From NCBI GenBank assembly GCA_035532755.1, contig DATKQI010000279.1:2203-66202 (forward strand): a DNA stretch of 64,000 nt, in the 5' to 3' direction. Shown here one piece after another: positions 20,213 to 31,200 of this stretch (its first letter is position 1; each line of letters opens with the position of its first letter). This stretch comes from Acetobacteraceae bacterium (lineage in GTDB: Bacteria > Pseudomonadota > Alphaproteobacteria > Acetobacterales > Acetobacteraceae). Position numbers and translations under genes: made by a program. The notes beneath the pieces were generated by a model. The model saw only the letters and a list, made by a program, of their open reading frames with translations. It was not told the origin of the DNA and ran no database searches.

Positions 20213-21235
20213 ATGGCCGGGGAAGGCAATCCGGTGGGGGGCGCCATGGCGGCGCCCCCTGCCAAGGCGCAGGCGCGGCGGGGCAGCGTACTCCAGCGCT
20301 TTCTGATCTGGCGCGAGGCGAGCGTGATCGTGGTGGCGATCGCACTCGTTGTGTATTTCGAGCTGACGAACGACAACTTCGTCAGCAGCGCCAATCTCCA
20401 GACGCTTTCGCAGTTCATCGCGGCCCCGGCCATCATCGCCTGCGGCGAGATCATGCTGCTGATCTGCAAGGAGATTGATCTTTCCGCCGGGCAGACCTTC
20501 GCACTCGCGCCATTCATCGTCTATTTCGCCGCACAGGCCGGGCTGCCGGTTATTGTCGGCATCATCCTCGCGCTGATGGTCTGCGCGATGATCGGGTTCA
20601 CGATCGGCATGATCACCGTGAAGCTTGGCGTGCCGTCGTTCATCACCACGCTTGGCACGCTGTTCCTGATCAACGGGCTGACGCTGACGATCTCCCGCGG
20701 GTTTCCGGCCAATACCGTGGGCGGCCCGGCGCTGTCCTACATCATGGGCAACGCGCCCTATGCCGAGATCATCTGGGCGGTGCTGATCGTTTTCGTGGGG
20801 CACATGGTGCTGCGGCGCACACGCTGGGGCATGCACACCATCGCGGTCGGCGGCAACCTGATCGGCGCGGCGGAAGCGGGCATCCATGTGAACCGCATCA
20901 AGGTCGGCAATTTCATGCTGACGGCCACGCTCGCGGGGTTTGCCGGCATCCTTGAAGCCTTCCGCATCGGTTCGACCGACCCGCTGGCCGGCGGCAGCAA
21001 CATCATGTTCCTGGCCGTGGCATCGGGCGTGATCGGCGGCACAGCGCTCACCGGCGGATCGGGCACCATCATCGGCGGCCTGCTCGGCGCGGTGGTGCTG
21101 GGTGTGCTGCAGGACGGTTTCACCTTGCAAGGCATCAACGCCTTCACCTTCGACATGATCATCGGCGCCGCGATCCTGATCGCCATGACGTCGAACATCT
21201 ATCTTGGCCGCATGCGCAACGGAGGCCGGTCATGA
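20213..21235 (+). CDS. sugar ABC transporter permease
   Basis: Polytopic hydrophobic protein of the RbsC/AraH type. The track shows it fused in frame to an upstream artefact (18950-21235). Confidence 0.85.
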   Translation: MAGEGNPVGGAMAAPPAKAQARRGSVLQRFLIWREASVIVVAIALVVYFELTNDNFVSSANLQTLSQFIAAPAIIACGEIMLLICKEIDLSAGQTFALAPFIVYFAAQAGLPVIVGIILALMVCAMIGFTIGMITVKLGVPSFITTLGTLFLINGLTLTISRGFPANTVGGPALSYIMGNAPYAEIIWAVLIVFVGHMVLRRTRWGMHTIAVGGNLIGAAEAGIHVNRIKVGNFMLTATLAGFAGILEAFRIGSTDPLAGGSNIMFLAVASGVIGGTALTGGSGTIIGGLLGAVVLGVLQDGFTLQGINAFTFDMIIGAAILIAMTSNIYLGRMRNGGRS

Positions 21236-22023
21236 GCGGCGGGAGCGGAAACGGCGCCGGCATGAACGGCACGGAGGCGCTGCGGGCGGAGAACATCGTC
21301 AAGCGCTTCGGCGCGGTGACGGCGCTGAACGGCGTGTCGGTCACGTTGAACCACGGCGAGGTGCTCGGCATCTTGGGCGACAACGGCGCCGGCAAATCGA
21401 CGCTGATGAAAATCCTGACCGGCTTCCATGCGCCGACCGAGGGCCAGCTGCATGTGCAGGGGCAGTCGGTGGCGCTGCGATCGGTCGATCATGCGCGCGA
21501 ACTCGGGATCGAGTGCGTCTATCAGGATTTGGCGCTGATCAACACACTCTCGGTCTATCACAACATGTTCCTCAACCGGGAAGTGGTCGGCGGCCTGCCG
21601 TTTCGCCTTCTTAACAACCGTGAAATGCGCCGGCGCGCGAACGAGGCCCTCGACGACATCGGTGTGACCGTCCCCTCGGTGGACGAGGAGGTGGCAATGC
21701 TCTCGGGCGGGCAGCGCCAGGCGGTCGCGGTGGCGCGCGCGGTGTATTCGAAGGCGAAGATATTGCTGCTTGACGAGCCGCTGGCGGCGATGGGCGCACG
21801 CGAGGCCGGGCTGATCATCGACCTGCTGATGCGGCTGAAGGCGCGCGGGGATCTGTCGATCGCGATGATCGCGCATAATTACGCCCAGACGCTGGAGATC
21901 TGCGACCGGGTGATCCTGGTGCAGCACGGGCAGATCACGTTCGAGCGGCGTTCGGCCGAAACCTCGGTGGAGGAGTTGCTGGAGGTCGTTCGCCGCGAAT
22001 ACCGGGCCTATCGCCGCGCCTGA
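21232..22023 (+). CDS. ABC transporter ATP-binding protein
   Basis: Walker A GDNGAGKST, signature LSGGQRQ, Walker B LLLDEP. Confidence 0.9.
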   Translation: MSGGSGNGAGMNGTEALRAENIVKRFGAVTALNGVSVTLNHGEVLGILGDNGAGKSTLMKILTGFHAPTEGQLHVQGQSVALRSVDHARELGIECVYQDLALINTLSVYHNMFLNREVVGGLPFRLLNNREMRRRANEALDDIGVTVPSVDEEVAMLSGGQRQAVAVARAVYSKAKILLLDEPLAAMGAREAGLIIDLLMRLKARGDLSIAMIAHNYAQTLEICDRVILVQHGQITFERRSAETSVEELLEVVRREYRAYRRA

Positions 22024-22061
22024 GCGCTTCCACCGCGATTTCATTGAAGGAGAGCCATATC

Positions 22062-22838
22062 ATGGCCGATCCCGCACGCTTCGCCACCTATCCCAGCCTG
22101 CGCGGACAGCGCGTGTTCATCAGCGGCGGCGCCTCCGGCATCGGCGAATCGCTGGTCGCGCATTTCGCGGCCCAGGGCGCGTATGTCGGCTTCCTCGACA
22201 TCGCGGACGCGCCGGCGAAGGAGGTGTGCGCGAAGGTGAAGGCGGCCGGCCATCCAGAACCCGCCTATCGCCATGCCGATGTGCGGGATGTGGCGGCCTT
22301 CCAGGCCGTGATCAGGGAATTGGCGACCGAGGTCGGGCCGTTCACCGTGCTGCTGAACAACGCCGCCCATGACCAGCGCCATCCCTGGCAGGAGGTGACG
22401 GCCGAGTACTGGGATGACCGGGTCGCGGTGAACCTGCGGCACCAGTTCTTCGCCATCCAGGCGATCGCCCCGATGATGCAGGCCGCCGCCGGCGGCTCGA
22501 TCATCAATTTCGGCTCGTGCAGCTGGCATATCGGCCAGGGCGGCATGCCGGCCTATACCTCGTCCAAGGCGGCCGTCGAGGGGTTGACGCGGGGAATGGC
22601 GCGCGACCTGGGGCCGGACCATATCCGGGTGAACTGCATCATTCCCGGCTGGATCATGACGGAACGGCAGATCAGCCTGTGGCTGACGCCCGAGGCCGAG
22701 GCGGATCTGATGAGGAACCAGTGCCTGAAGGAGAAGGTCTATCCGCCAGATATAGCGCGGATGGCGCTGTTCCTGGCATCGGATGACAGCCGCATGTGCA
22801 CGAACCAGACATTCGTGGTGGATGGCGGCTGGATTTGA
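22062..22838 (+). CDS. SDR family oxidoreductase
   Basis: SGGASGIG, NNAA and YTSSK motifs. The ATG at 22062 follows GAAGGAGAG. Confidence 0.85.
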   Translation: MADPARFATYPSLRGQRVFISGGASGIGESLVAHFAAQGAYVGFLDIADAPAKEVCAKVKAAGHPEPAYRHADVRDVAAFQAVIRELATEVGPFTVLLNNAAHDQRHPWQEVTAEYWDDRVAVNLRHQFFAIQAIAPMMQAAAGGSIINFGSCSWHIGQGGMPAYTSSKAAVEGLTRGMARDLGPDHIRVNCIIPGWIMTERQISLWLTPEAEADLMRNQCLKEKVYPPDIARMALFLASDDSRMCTNQTFVVDGGWI

Positions 22839-22880
22839 TCCGACACCTGCGCGGGGTAGGGCGAGCGGAACTCGGGGCGA

Positions 22881-25556
22881 ATGTTCGGAGCTGGGAGCCT
22901 GGAGCAGCGGATCGCACGCAACCCGCATGCCTTGCCGATCCTCCTGCTGATCCTGTTGCCGGTCACCGCAAATGTGCTGGCACTCACTGGTGTTTTCAAT
23001 CCGGACCCTGCTCTGTTGCTCAGTGGTCTTGGAAACGGGCTTGGCGGGAATCTGCTGAAAGGCGCTGCTGGATGGCTTGATCCGGATGTCGGCTACATTA
23101 CGCAGCCGTTGGGCCATCTGAGTGCGCAGGACTGGCTTCACGGCATCATTCCTTGGTGGAATCCCTTTACCGGCGTGGGCATGCCGCTTGCGGCAGAAAT
23201 GCAAACGTCGTCGCTCTTCCTGCCTTTCGTCCTGCTCCTGCATTTCTGGTCAGGCTGGTTATGGCTGCGGCTGACGCTGCAGATTCTATGTGGACTTTTC
23301 ACGTACGCGCTACTGATCGAACTACGATTGGGACGGTTCTCTGCTCTGGTTGGTGCAGGTCTTTTTGCATTGAACGGAGCGTTTATTCTGGTGCCTCACG
23401 CTCCCATTGCGCCGCTTCCGTTCCTGTCGTTGCTGCTGCTTGGGGTGGAACGCGCACGGCGAGCCGCTGTGGAGGGCGCGCCGCTCGGCTGGTCATTGAT
23501 CGTGATAGCGGTCAGCTATTCGCTTTATGCTGGCTTTCCGGAGGTGGCCTATTTCGATGGGTTGCTTGCCGTGGTTTGGTCGATGTGCGTGTTGCTGTCT
23601 TTGCCGCAGGATGCCGCGGTCCGGTTTGCAAGGAAACTCCTGCTGGCGACGATGATCGGTCTGTGCGTGGCATTGCCGTTGATCGTTCCGTTCTTGCTGT
23701 ATCTACGGGCCGGGTTCGTCGGCAACCACGCTGGTTTTTTTGCCCAAGCGTCGCTGCCGCGCGAAATGACGGCCTTTCCGCTTTTCCCGTACATCTTCGG
23801 CCCGTTTGGCGTGGTGCCAAAGGGGGGGTCCGGCGGGTTGATCTGGCGATTTTGGGGGCAGGTCGGCGGGTGGATTGGCGTGCTGCCGACATTGTTGGCA
23901 TTGATCGCGGTGTTGAACACACTTGGCCGACGGGTGCCACATGCGCTGTTGCGGTGGGTCTTATTGGCGTGGGCATTCCTGTGGCAGGCCCGCAGTTTCG
24001 GATTTCCGGGCACTATTGCACTGGTCAATTTAATTCCCGGCGTATCCGCTGCCAATGCGATGCGGTTCGCCATTCCCTCCACCTCCTTCGCTGTGTTCGT
24101 ATTGGCGGCCTGCGCCCTGGCCGATTGGCGCCGGGGATTGTGGCTGCTGCGTCGATCTATGACAGGTTGTGTTTTAATCATCGTGGTTGCCGTCGGGATG
24201 CTGCTGTCGTCGGCGGGAGTGGTGCTTGCCAACTCGCAAGTGGCAATGTTCTTTGCGGTGGCCTCGGTCATCGGAAGCGCCGGGCTTGTCTGGCTTTTGC
24301 TGGCGGTGCTGGCTGCACCACCTACGCCGGCTCGCGCGTGGCTGGCAGCTGGAATCATGCTGTTGGAAGCTATAGTTCTGATCAGTCTACCGCAATTAGC
24401 CGGTGTGCGGCGCGGGCGGATCGATCTTGGTGTCGTGTCGTTTCTGAAAGCGCATCAACATCTCTCGCGCCTGTACACGCTGGGGCCGCTCGGAGTGAAC
24501 TATCCGGCGATGTTTCGGCTTGCCGCCATCAATGGCACTCAGCTGCCTCTGCCGCTCGACTGGGCACACTTTATTACCCATCGGCTTGATCCCTATGCCA
24601 ACCCGATAATGTTCACCGGCTCCGAGCCCCGCGGGCGTACCGGCCGCCCTGATCAGACGGCGGAGTTGCGGCGGCACCTGGGCAGCTACAAAGCCATCTG
24701 CGTGCGCTACATTTTGGCTCCGCCGGGAATAAACCCATTCCGACGTGCGATCTCACTGCCGATATCCGATCGGTTCTCCTCCTGGGTGCGGCTGGACGCG
24801 GGGCAGGTGGTGTCCGGCACGCTGTCACCTGTTCCAGCCGCCGGCGTGAAGGCCGATGCAGCCGGCGTGGTTGTCGGTACCTATGCGGGCGCGGCGAGCG
24901 GCCATCTGGTGCTGCGATTGTGTGCCGGGAGCCGTTGCGCGCAGGGAAGTGCCGATCTGCGTGGGGTGCTGGACAACCTGCCGCTCACCATTCCTCTTCG
25001 CCCGACCCTCACGCTGCCGCCGCGGGCTGTGGTGCATTTCCGTATCACCCATGACGTCGGGAGCCCGGTGATAATCTGGCTGGGGCGGGCGATCGGTGTT
25101 CACGCTTCCATCGGCACACGGCAGTTGCCGGGCCGCGTGCCCATCGTCAGCCTGATATCGCCACCGACCGGCCTGGCACCGGTGCGTGTGTTTCGCAATG
25201 CGACAGCAGATGTCTATCGTTTACCCGATCCTGCGCCCTATTTCGCCATCTCGGGCGGCCCGTGCCGCTTGCAGCCGCGCGGCCGGCAGGCCGTACGAGT
25301 CTCTTGCACCGCTCCGGCGCGTTTGATTCGCCACGAGCTTTTCTTCGCTGGCTGGGGCGCACATGTAAACGGCGTAAGCGCCCCCGTCACCCGGGCTGGA
25401 GCGATCTTCCAATCCGTGCCGCTGCCAACGGGTGACAGCATGATTCACTTCACCTATCGCCCTCCCTATACCCGCACGTCCACCGCCGTTGCCTTGTTGG
25501 CAGTCGTGGCATGGCTCGGTGCAATCTTGAGAGGAGGCGGGAAACCGGGCCGTTGA
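22881..25556 (+). CDS. large polytopic membrane protein, YfhO-like / GT-C-fold putative glycosyltransferase, with a roughly 400-aa C-terminal extracytoplasmic domain
   Basis: 891 aa. More than 10 hydrophobic segments occur in the first 480 or so residues, and a WWNPFTGVGMPLAAEMQTSSLFLP motif resembles the YfhO family. GC is visibly lower than the flanks. The function is inferred only. Confidence 0.5.
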   Translation: MFGAGSLEQRIARNPHALPILLLILLPVTANVLALTGVFNPDPALLLSGLGNGLGGNLLKGAAGWLDPDVGYITQPLGHLSAQDWLHGIIPWWNPFTGVGMPLAAEMQTSSLFLPFVLLLHFWSGWLWLRLTLQILCGLFTYALLIELRLGRFSALVGAGLFALNGAFILVPHAPIAPLPFLSLLLLGVERARRAAVEGAPLGWSLIVIAVSYSLYAGFPEVAYFDGLLAVVWSMCVLLSLPQDAAVRFARKLLLATMIGLCVALPLIVPFLLYLRAGFVGNHAGFFAQASLPREMTAFPLFPYIFGPFGVVPKGGSGGLIWRFWGQVGGWIGVLPTLLALIAVLNTLGRRVPHALLRWVLLAWAFLWQARSFGFPGTIALVNLIPGVSAANAMRFAIPSTSFAVFVLAACALADWRRGLWLLRRSMTGCVLIIVVAVGMLLSSAGVVLANSQVAMFFAVASVIGSAGLVWLLLAVLAAPPTPARAWLAAGIMLLEAIVLISLPQLAGVRRGRIDLGVVSFLKAHQHLSRLYTLGPLGVNYPAMFRLAAINGTQLPLPLDWAHFITHRLDPYANPIMFTGSEPRGRTGRPDQTAELRRHLGSYKAICVRYILAPPGINPFRRAISLPISDRFSSWVRLDAGQVVSGTLSPVPAAGVKADAAGVVVGTYAGAASGHLVLRLCAGSRCAQGSADLRGVLDNLPLTIPLRPTLTLPPRAVVHFRITHDVGSPVIIWLGRAIGVHASIGTRQLPGRVPIVSLISPPTGLAPVRVFRNATADVYRLPDPAPYFAISGGPCRLQPRGRQAVRVSCTAPARLIRHELFFAGWGAHVNGVSAPVTRAGAIFQSVPLPTGDSMIHFTYRPPYTRTSTAVALLAVVAWLGAILRGGGKPGR

Positions 25557-25572
25557 CGCCATCCGCTGCACT

Positions 25573-26868
25573 TCACAAAGACAGCGCCTCGCAACTCTGC
25601 TTGTTGTCCGCCTTCAGTACTTCCCCGGCCAGATACAGGCTGCCGCAGATCAGCACGCGGGCGGGCGGGGTGGCCTGGGCAAGGGCGCGCAGAGCTTCGG
25701 CGACCGTGGGGCCGGGCATTGCGTGGCCGCTCGCAGCGGCAATGATGGCATCCACCGGCAGGGCCAGGTACTGCTCGGGTTCGGCAACGGCCCAGACTGT
25801 GGCCGCCAGCGGCAGCAACGGGGCGAGGAAGGCCGCGGCATCCTTGCTCTGCTTCATCCCGACGACGAGATGCGTGGGCCGGTCCGACCAGGTGGCGAGA
25901 TGGGCGGCGAGCGCCTGGCCGGCACCGGGGTTGTGCCCGCCATCCAGCCAGAGTTCGAAGCCCGCCGGCAGCATCACGGCGAGCCTGCCGTGCAGGCGTT
26001 GCAGCCGGGCCGGCCATTCGGCGCGGCCGATGCCGGAAGCCTGCGCGGCGGTTGGAACGGGCAGGCGGGAGGCGCGCAGGGCGGCGAGCGCGATGCCGGC
26101 ATTCTCGAACTGGTGCGGGCCGGGCAGGGCCGGGCGGGGCAGGTCCAGCGCGCCGTACGCATCGGTGTAGCGGGCGCCGTGGGGGGTGGGGGTAATCTGC
26201 CAGTCCAGTCCGCGCAGCAGCAACGGCGCGCCGAGTTCCGCGGCCTGGGCGGCGATCACCACGGCGGCTTCTTCCGGCTGGGTACCCGTGGCGGCCGGAA
26301 CGCCCGGTTTCAGGATGCCGGCCTTCTCGCCGGCGATGGCGGCAAGCGAGTCGCCCAGGAATTCCTGATGGTCGAGCGAGATGGAGGCGATGGCGCAGGC
26401 AATCGGCGGCGGGATCACGTTGGTCGCGTCGAACCGGCCACCCAGGCCCACTTCCAGGATGCACAGATCGGCCGGATCGCGGGAGAACAGCAGCAGGGCG
26501 ACGGCCGTGATCATCTCGAACACAGTGATCGGCGCGCCGGCGTTGATCGCCTCCGCTTCTTCCAGCGCATCGCCGAGTGCAACATCGGAGACGAGACCGC
26601 CGCCGAGGCGGATACGCTCGTTGAAGCGCACCAGATGCGGGGAGGTGTACACCTGCACGCGCAGGCCGGCCGCCTCGCTCATCGCGCGAAGAAAGGCGCA
26701 AGTGCTGCCTTTGCCGTTGGTGCCGGCCACATGGATCACCGGCGGCAGGCGTTGCTCCGGATGATCGAGCCGCGCGAGAAGACCGCGCAGCCGATCGAGG
26801 CTGAGATCGATCAGCCGCGGATGCAGGCCGTGCAGGCGGGCGACGAGACCTTCTACGCGGCCGCTCAC
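25573..26868 (-). CDS. folC: bifunctional folylpolyglutamate synthase / dihydrofolate synthase
   Basis: HVAGTNGKGST P-loop and Mur-ligase architecture. The position after accD is conserved. Confidence 0.9.
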   Translation of the reverse strand: MSGRVEGLVARLHGLHPRLIDLSLDRLRGLLARLDHPEQRLPPVIHVAGTNGKGSTCAFLRAMSEAAGLRVQVYTSPHLVRFNERIRLGGGLVSDVALGDALEEAEAINAGAPITVFEMITAVALLLFSRDPADLCILEVGLGGRFDATNVIPPPIACAIASISLDHQEFLGDSLAAIAGEKAGILKPGVPAATGTQPEEAAVVIAAQAAELGAPLLLRGLDWQITPTPHGARYTDAYGALDLPRPALPGPHQFENAGIALAALRASRLPVPTAAQASGIGRAEWPARLQRLHGRLAVMLPAGFELWLDGGHNPGAGQALAAHLATWSDRPTHLVVGMKQSKDAAAFLAPLLPLAATVWAVAEPEQYLALPVDAIIAAASGHAMPGPTVAEALRALAQATPPARVLICGSLYLAGEVLKADNKQSCEALSL

Positions 26869-27743
26869 GCCGCCGGCACCGTTTCCGGCATTGCGTTCTT
26901 CATCCGCAGCAGGTCGATCAGCCGGGCCAGCGTGTCCCGCATGTCCGTGCGCTTCACCACCATGTCGATGATGCCATGATCGAGCAGGTATTCCGCGCGC
27001 TGGAACCCGTCGGGCAGCTTCTCGCGCACCGTCTGCTCGATGACGCGGGCGCCGGCGAAGCCGATCATCGCGCCGGGTTCGGCGATCTGGATGTCCCCCA
27101 GCATGGCAAAGCTTGCCGTCACCCCGCCGGTTGTGGGGTCGGTCAGCAGCACGATGTAGGGCAGGCCGGCTTCCTTCACCATGCGGCTTGCGATGATGCT
27201 GCGTGGCATCTGCATCAGGCTGATCGCGCCTTCCTGCATGCGCGCGCCACCCGATGCGGTAACGACGATCAGCGGCGCGTCCTGCAATACGGCAAGCTGG
27301 GCGGCGGCCACCAGCCCCTCGCCCACTGCCGCCCCCATCGAGCCGCCCATGAAGGCGAACTCCATCGCCGCCACCACGGCCTTGTGACCGCCGATGGTGC
27401 CGTGCGCGACGAGGATCGCGTCATCGGTCTTGTTGGCTTCGCGTGCCTCGCGCAGCCGGTCGGTGTAGCGCTTCTGGTCGCGGAAGCGCAGCGGGTCGGG
27501 CGGGGCCTTCGGCAGGTCGATGCGGGTGAAGCCGCTGTCATCGAACGTCCAGGTCAGCCGCTCCGTGGCGGTGGCGCGCATGTGGTGGCCGCAATGCGGG
27601 CAGACCTTCAGCCCGTTGATCAGGTCGCGGTGGAAGATCATCTGCTGGCAGGCGGGGCACTGGTGCCACAGGTTGTCCGGCGCTTCCCGACGCCCCAGCA
27701 GCGTGCGGATTTTCGGGCGGACGTATTCGGTGAGCCAGCTCAT
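26865..27743 (-). CDS. accD: acetyl-CoA carboxylase carboxyltransferase beta subunit
   Basis: N-terminal zinc ribbon CPACQQ...CPHCGHH and a carboxyltransferase domain. Confidence 0.93.
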   Translation of the reverse strand: MSWLTEYVRPKIRTLLGRREAPDNLWHQCPACQQMIFHRDLINGLKVCPHCGHHMRATATERLTWTFDDSGFTRIDLPKAPPDPLRFRDQKRYTDRLREAREANKTDDAILVAHGTIGGHKAVVAAMEFAFMGGSMGAAVGEGLVAAAQLAVLQDAPLIVVTASGGARMQEGAISLMQMPRSIIASRMVKEAGLPYIVLLTDPTTGGVTASFAMLGDIQIAEPGAMIGFAGARVIEQTVREKLPDGFQRAEYLLDHGIIDMVVKRTDMRDTLARLIDLLRMKNAMPETVPAA

Positions 27744-28570
27744 GCCGCCACCCGCGCGCCGCGCACACCGGCGGCGAGATCGCGCACCTGGTTCAGCACC
27801 TTCTCCACCGTGCCGGGCCGGGCCCGGCCGGCATCGTCGAGGCTGGCCGCCAGCGTCTCGATCAGGGCGGAGGCGACCACGGCGGCATCGGCGATCTGCG
27901 CGGCTTCGGCGGCCTGCGCCGGGGTGCGCACGCCGAAGCCGATGGCCACAGGCAGGTCGCTCACCCGGCGGATGCGCGGGATGTTGGCGGAAAGCTGCGC
28001 GGCCGTGGCGCTGCGCGTGCCGGTGATGCCGGTGATCGCGACGTAATAGATGAAGCCCGAGCTGCCGGCGAGCACCTTCGGCAGCCGGGCATCGTCGGTA
28101 GTGGGGGCGACGAGGCGGATGATATCGAGCCCGTGCGCGGCGGCGTGTCCGGCCAGCAGGTCGGCCTCCTCGCTCGGCAGATCGACGATGATGAGGCCGT
28201 CCACCCCGTCACGTGCGGCATCCGCGCAGAAGCGTTCCGGGCCGTAGGAGAGGATGGGGTTGAGGTAGCCCATCAGGATCACCGGCGTTTCGGCGTCGGC
28301 CTTGCGGAATGCGGCCACCATGGCGAGCGTGCGGGCGAGCGTGGCGCCGGCTGCGAGCCCGCGCTTGCCGGCGGCCTGGATGGTGGGGCCGTCGGCCATC
28401 GGGTCGGTGAAGGGCATGCCGATCTCGATCAGGTCCGCCCCCGCCGCGGGCATGCCGCGCAGGATGGCCATGGAGGTCTCGGGATCGGGATCGTACGCTT
28501 CGAGGAACGGGATCAGCGCTCCGCGGCGCTGCTGCGTCAGCGCGGCGAAGCGCGCGGCGATGCGGCTCAC
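27740..28570 (-). CDS. trpA: tryptophan synthase alpha chain
   Basis: Conserved TrpA sequence ([35 protein letters not shown]). The GTG start forms a GTGA overlap with the trpB stop. Confidence 0.9.
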   Translation of the reverse strand: MSRIAARFAALTQQRRGALIPFLEAYDPDPETSMAILRGMPAAGADLIEIGMPFTDPMADGPTIQAAGKRGLAAGATLARTLAMVAAFRKADAETPVILMGYLNPILSYGPERFCADAARDGVDGLIIVDLPSEEADLLAGHAAAHGLDIIRLVAPTTDDARLPKVLAGSSGFIYYVAITGITGTRSATAAQLSANIPRIRRVSDLPVAIGFGVRTPAQAAEAAQIADAAVVASALIETLAASLDDAGRARPGTVEKVLNQVRDLAAGVRGARVAA

Positions 28571-29793
28571 AGCGACACCCCCAGATGCTGGGCGACGGTG
28601 AAGATGTCCTTGTCGCCCCGGCCGCACAGATTCATCAGGATGATCTTCTCCCTGTCCATGGCGGGGGCGATCTTCGCCACATGGGCCAGCGCGTGGGCGG
28701 GTTCGAGAGCGGGGATGATGCCCTCGCTGCGGGTGCAGAGCTGGAAGGCGGCGAGCGCCTCGTCATCGGTGGCGGCTACGTATTCCACGCGCCCGATCTC
28801 GTGCAGCCAGGCGTGTTCGGGCCCGATGCCGGGATAGTCCAGCCCGGCGGAGATGGAATGCGCCTCCTCGATCTGTCCGTCCTCGTTCTGCAGCAGGTAG
28901 GTGCGGTTGCCGTGCAGCACGCCGGGGCGGCCGCGCGAGAGGCTTGCCGCGTGTTCATGCGTATCGAGGCCGCGCCCGGCAGCCTCCACGCCGATCAGCC
29001 GTACCGAGGGATCATCCAGGAACGGGTGGAACAGGCCCATCGCGTTGGAGCCGCCGCCGATCGCGGCCACCGCGACATCGGGCAGCCTTCCCTCGGCCTG
29101 GTGCATCTGCGCCTTGGCCTCATCCCCGATCACCGACTGGAAATCGCGCACCATGGCGGGGTAGGGGTGCGGGCCGGCCACGGTGCCGATGAGGTAGAAC
29201 GTATCTTCCACATTCGCGACCCAGTCGCGCAGCGCGTCGTTCATCGCATCCTTCAGCGTGGCGGCACCGGAGGTGACGGGCTTCACCTCGGCGCCCAGCA
29301 GCTTCATGCGGAACACGTTGGGCTTCTGCCGCTCGATGTCGGTCGCGCCCATGTAGACCACGCAGGGCAGGCCGAACAGCGCGCAGACGGTGGCGGTTGC
29401 CACGCCGTGCTGGCCCGCGCCGGTTTCGGCGATGATGCGCGTCTTGCCCATGCGGCGGGCCAGCAGGATCTGGCCCATGCAGTTGTTGATCTTGTGCGCG
29501 CCGGTGTGATTCAGCTCGTCACGCTTGAAATAGATCTTCGCTCCGCCGAGCGCGCGCGTAAGCCGTTCCGCGAACCACAGCGGGCTGGGGCGGCCCACAT
29601 AGTGGGCAAGATAGTAGTCCAGTTCGCGCCGGAAGGCCGGGTCGGCCTTCGCCGCGTCATAGGCGGCTTCGACCTGCAGGATCAGCGGCATCAGCGTCTC
29701 GGCGACGAAGCGGCCGCCGAAGCCGCCGAAGCGGCCGCGCGCATCGGGGCCGTTGCGCAGGCTGTTCACGCCGGCAGGAATGGGGTGGTTCAC
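28567..29793 (-). CDS. trpB: tryptophan synthase beta chain
   Basis: [26 protein letters not shown] and GGGSNAMG motifs. The GTG start at 29793 follows GGAG. The 749-aa track ORF is an artefactual upstream extension. Confidence 0.93.
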   Translation of the reverse strand: MNHPIPAGVNSLRNGPDARGRFGGFGGRFVAETLMPLILQVEAAYDAAKADPAFRRELDYYLAHYVGRPSPLWFAERLTRALGGAKIYFKRDELNHTGAHKINNCMGQILLARRMGKTRIIAETGAGQHGVATATVCALFGLPCVVYMGATDIERQKPNVFRMKLLGAEVKPVTSGAATLKDAMNDALRDWVANVEDTFYLIGTVAGPHPYPAMVRDFQSVIGDEAKAQMHQAEGRLPDVAVAAIGGGSNAMGLFHPFLDDPSVRLIGVEAAGRGLDTHEHAASLSRGRPGVLHGNRTYLLQNEDGQIEEAHSISAGLDYPGIGPEHAWLHEIGRVEYVAATDDEALAAFQLCTRSEGIIPALEPAHALAHVAKIAPAMDREKIILMNLCGRGDKDIFTVAQHLGVSL

Positions 29794-29840
29794 GATCGGA
29801 TCTCCAGTTGCCGCCGTCTTAGCGCAGCCGTGCCGTCCGG

Positions 29841-30488
29841 TCACGCCCGCCTGGCGATGCCGTTCTGGTTGCCGCGCGCGGCGGCGATGAAGGCGCGGAT
29901 CAGCGCCGGATCCTTCACGCCCGGCGCGCGCTCGACGCCGGAGGAGACATCGACGGTCTCCGCGCCGGTCATGCGGACGGCGGCGGCGACGTTCTCCGGC
30001 GTGAGTCCGCCGGCCAGAACCCAGGGTGCAGGGGCCCGCCAGCCGGCCAGCACCGACCAGTCGAACGGCCGCGCGTTGCCGCCGGGGCGTGTGGCGCCCG
30101 GTGGCGCTTTCGCCTCGATCAGCAGCCCATCGATGCCGGAGGCGTCCGCTGGCAGGTCGTCCGGCGCAGCCACGCCGACGGCTTGCCACACTTTTACGCC
30201 GAATCGGGCGCGCATCGCCCGAACCGCGTCGGCCGACGCATAGATCTGCAACACATCGAGCGGCAGCGCGGCCAGAGCGGCGGCGATCTCGGCCTCTGTC
30301 GGGTTCACGAACAGGCCCACGCGCGGCGGACCACCCGGGTGGCGCACCGACAGCGAGGCCGCGACGGCGGGCGTAACGAAGCGTGGGGAGGGCGGAAAGA
30401 ACACGAAGCCCACATGGCTTGCCCCGGCCGTCACCGCGGCGTCGAACGCCGCCGGGTCGTTGATCCCGCAGATTTTCGCGTGCGCCAT
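29841..30488 (-). CDS. trpF: phosphoribosylanthranilate isomerase
   Basis: Reads MAHAKICGI...[10 protein letters not shown]...[10 protein letters not shown]. There is a TGATG overlap with the pyrF stop. Confidence 0.9.
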   Translation of the reverse strand: MAHAKICGINDPAAFDAAVTAGASHVGFVFFPPSPRFVTPAVAASLSVRHPGGPPRVGLFVNPTEAEIAAALAALPLDVLQIYASADAVRAMRARFGVKVWQAVGVAAPDDLPADASGIDGLLIEAKAPPGATRPGGNARPFDWSVLAGWRAPAPWVLAGGLTPENVAAAVRMTGAETVDVSSGVERAPGVKDPALIRAFIAAARGNQNGIARRA

Positions 30489-31195
30489 CAGCCCATGCCG
30501 GCGGCGATGGCGGCGGCAGCGGCGCCAGGGTCGGGGGAGCCGGTGATCGGGCGGCCCACCACGAGCCAGTCCGCCCCGGCGGCGATGGCGGCGGCGGGTG
30601 TCGTGGTGCGGGCCTGGTCGTCGGCCCGGCTTCCGGCGGGACGGATGCCCGGCACGACCAGCACCGGAGCGGCGCCCAGGGCCGCACGCAGCATCGCCAC
30701 TTCCCGCGCGCTGCATACGAGGCCATCCGCCCCTGCGGCCAGCGCGAGCCGGGCGAGGCGCAGTACCTGCGGCGAAGGGTCGTCGGCGATGCCGGTGGCG
30801 CGCAAGTTGGCGGCATCCAGACTGGTGAGCACCGTCACCGCAAGCAGAACGGGCCGCGCGGCGCCGGCGGCCTCGGCTGCTTCCCGTGCAGCGGCGATCA
30901 TCGCCGCGCCACCGGCCGCGTGCAGCGTGAGCATCCGCGGCGCGAGCGGCAGCACTGCGCGCACCGCGCCGGCGACGGTGTTGGGAATGTCGTGCAGCTT
31001 CAGGTCGAGAAAAACAGGGCGGTCGGACACCGCGCGCACGCCGGCCGGCCCGTTCGCCAGGAAGAATTCCAGCCCCAGCTTCAGCAGGCCGCAATAGGGG
31101 GCGACGGCTTCTGCCCATGCGCGCGCGCGGGCGGGATCCGCCGTGTCCAGCGCCGCGATCAGGCGGCTCGTCCCCGCTGTGTCCACGTCACGCAT
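30488..31195 (-). CDS. pyrF: orotidine 5'-phosphate decarboxylase
   Basis: [12 protein letters not shown] motif and VVGRPIT near the C-terminus. Confidence 0.9.
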   Translation of the reverse strand: MRDVDTAGTSRLIAALDTADPARARAWAEAVAPYCGLLKLGLEFFLANGPAGVRAVSDRPVFLDLKLHDIPNTVAGAVRAVLPLAPRMLTLHAAGGAAMIAAAREAAEAAGAARPVLLAVTVLTSLDAANLRATGIADDPSPQVLRLARLALAAGADGLVCSAREVAMLRAALGAAPVLVVPGIRPAGSRADDQARTTTPAAAIAAGADWLVVGRPITGSPDPGAAAAAIAAGMG

Positions 31196-31200
31196 GCCTG

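Noticed and set aside
28567-30816. 749-aa ORF (and 29841-31118, 10106-11785, 12574-14142, 18950-21235) suggesting very long N-terminal extensions or fusions of trpB, trpF, sufB, dat and the ABC permease.
   Set aside because: Homology-type motifs begin only at internal starts that have SD sequences or start/stop overlaps with the upstream gene. The extensions overlap neighbouring real genes in another frame.
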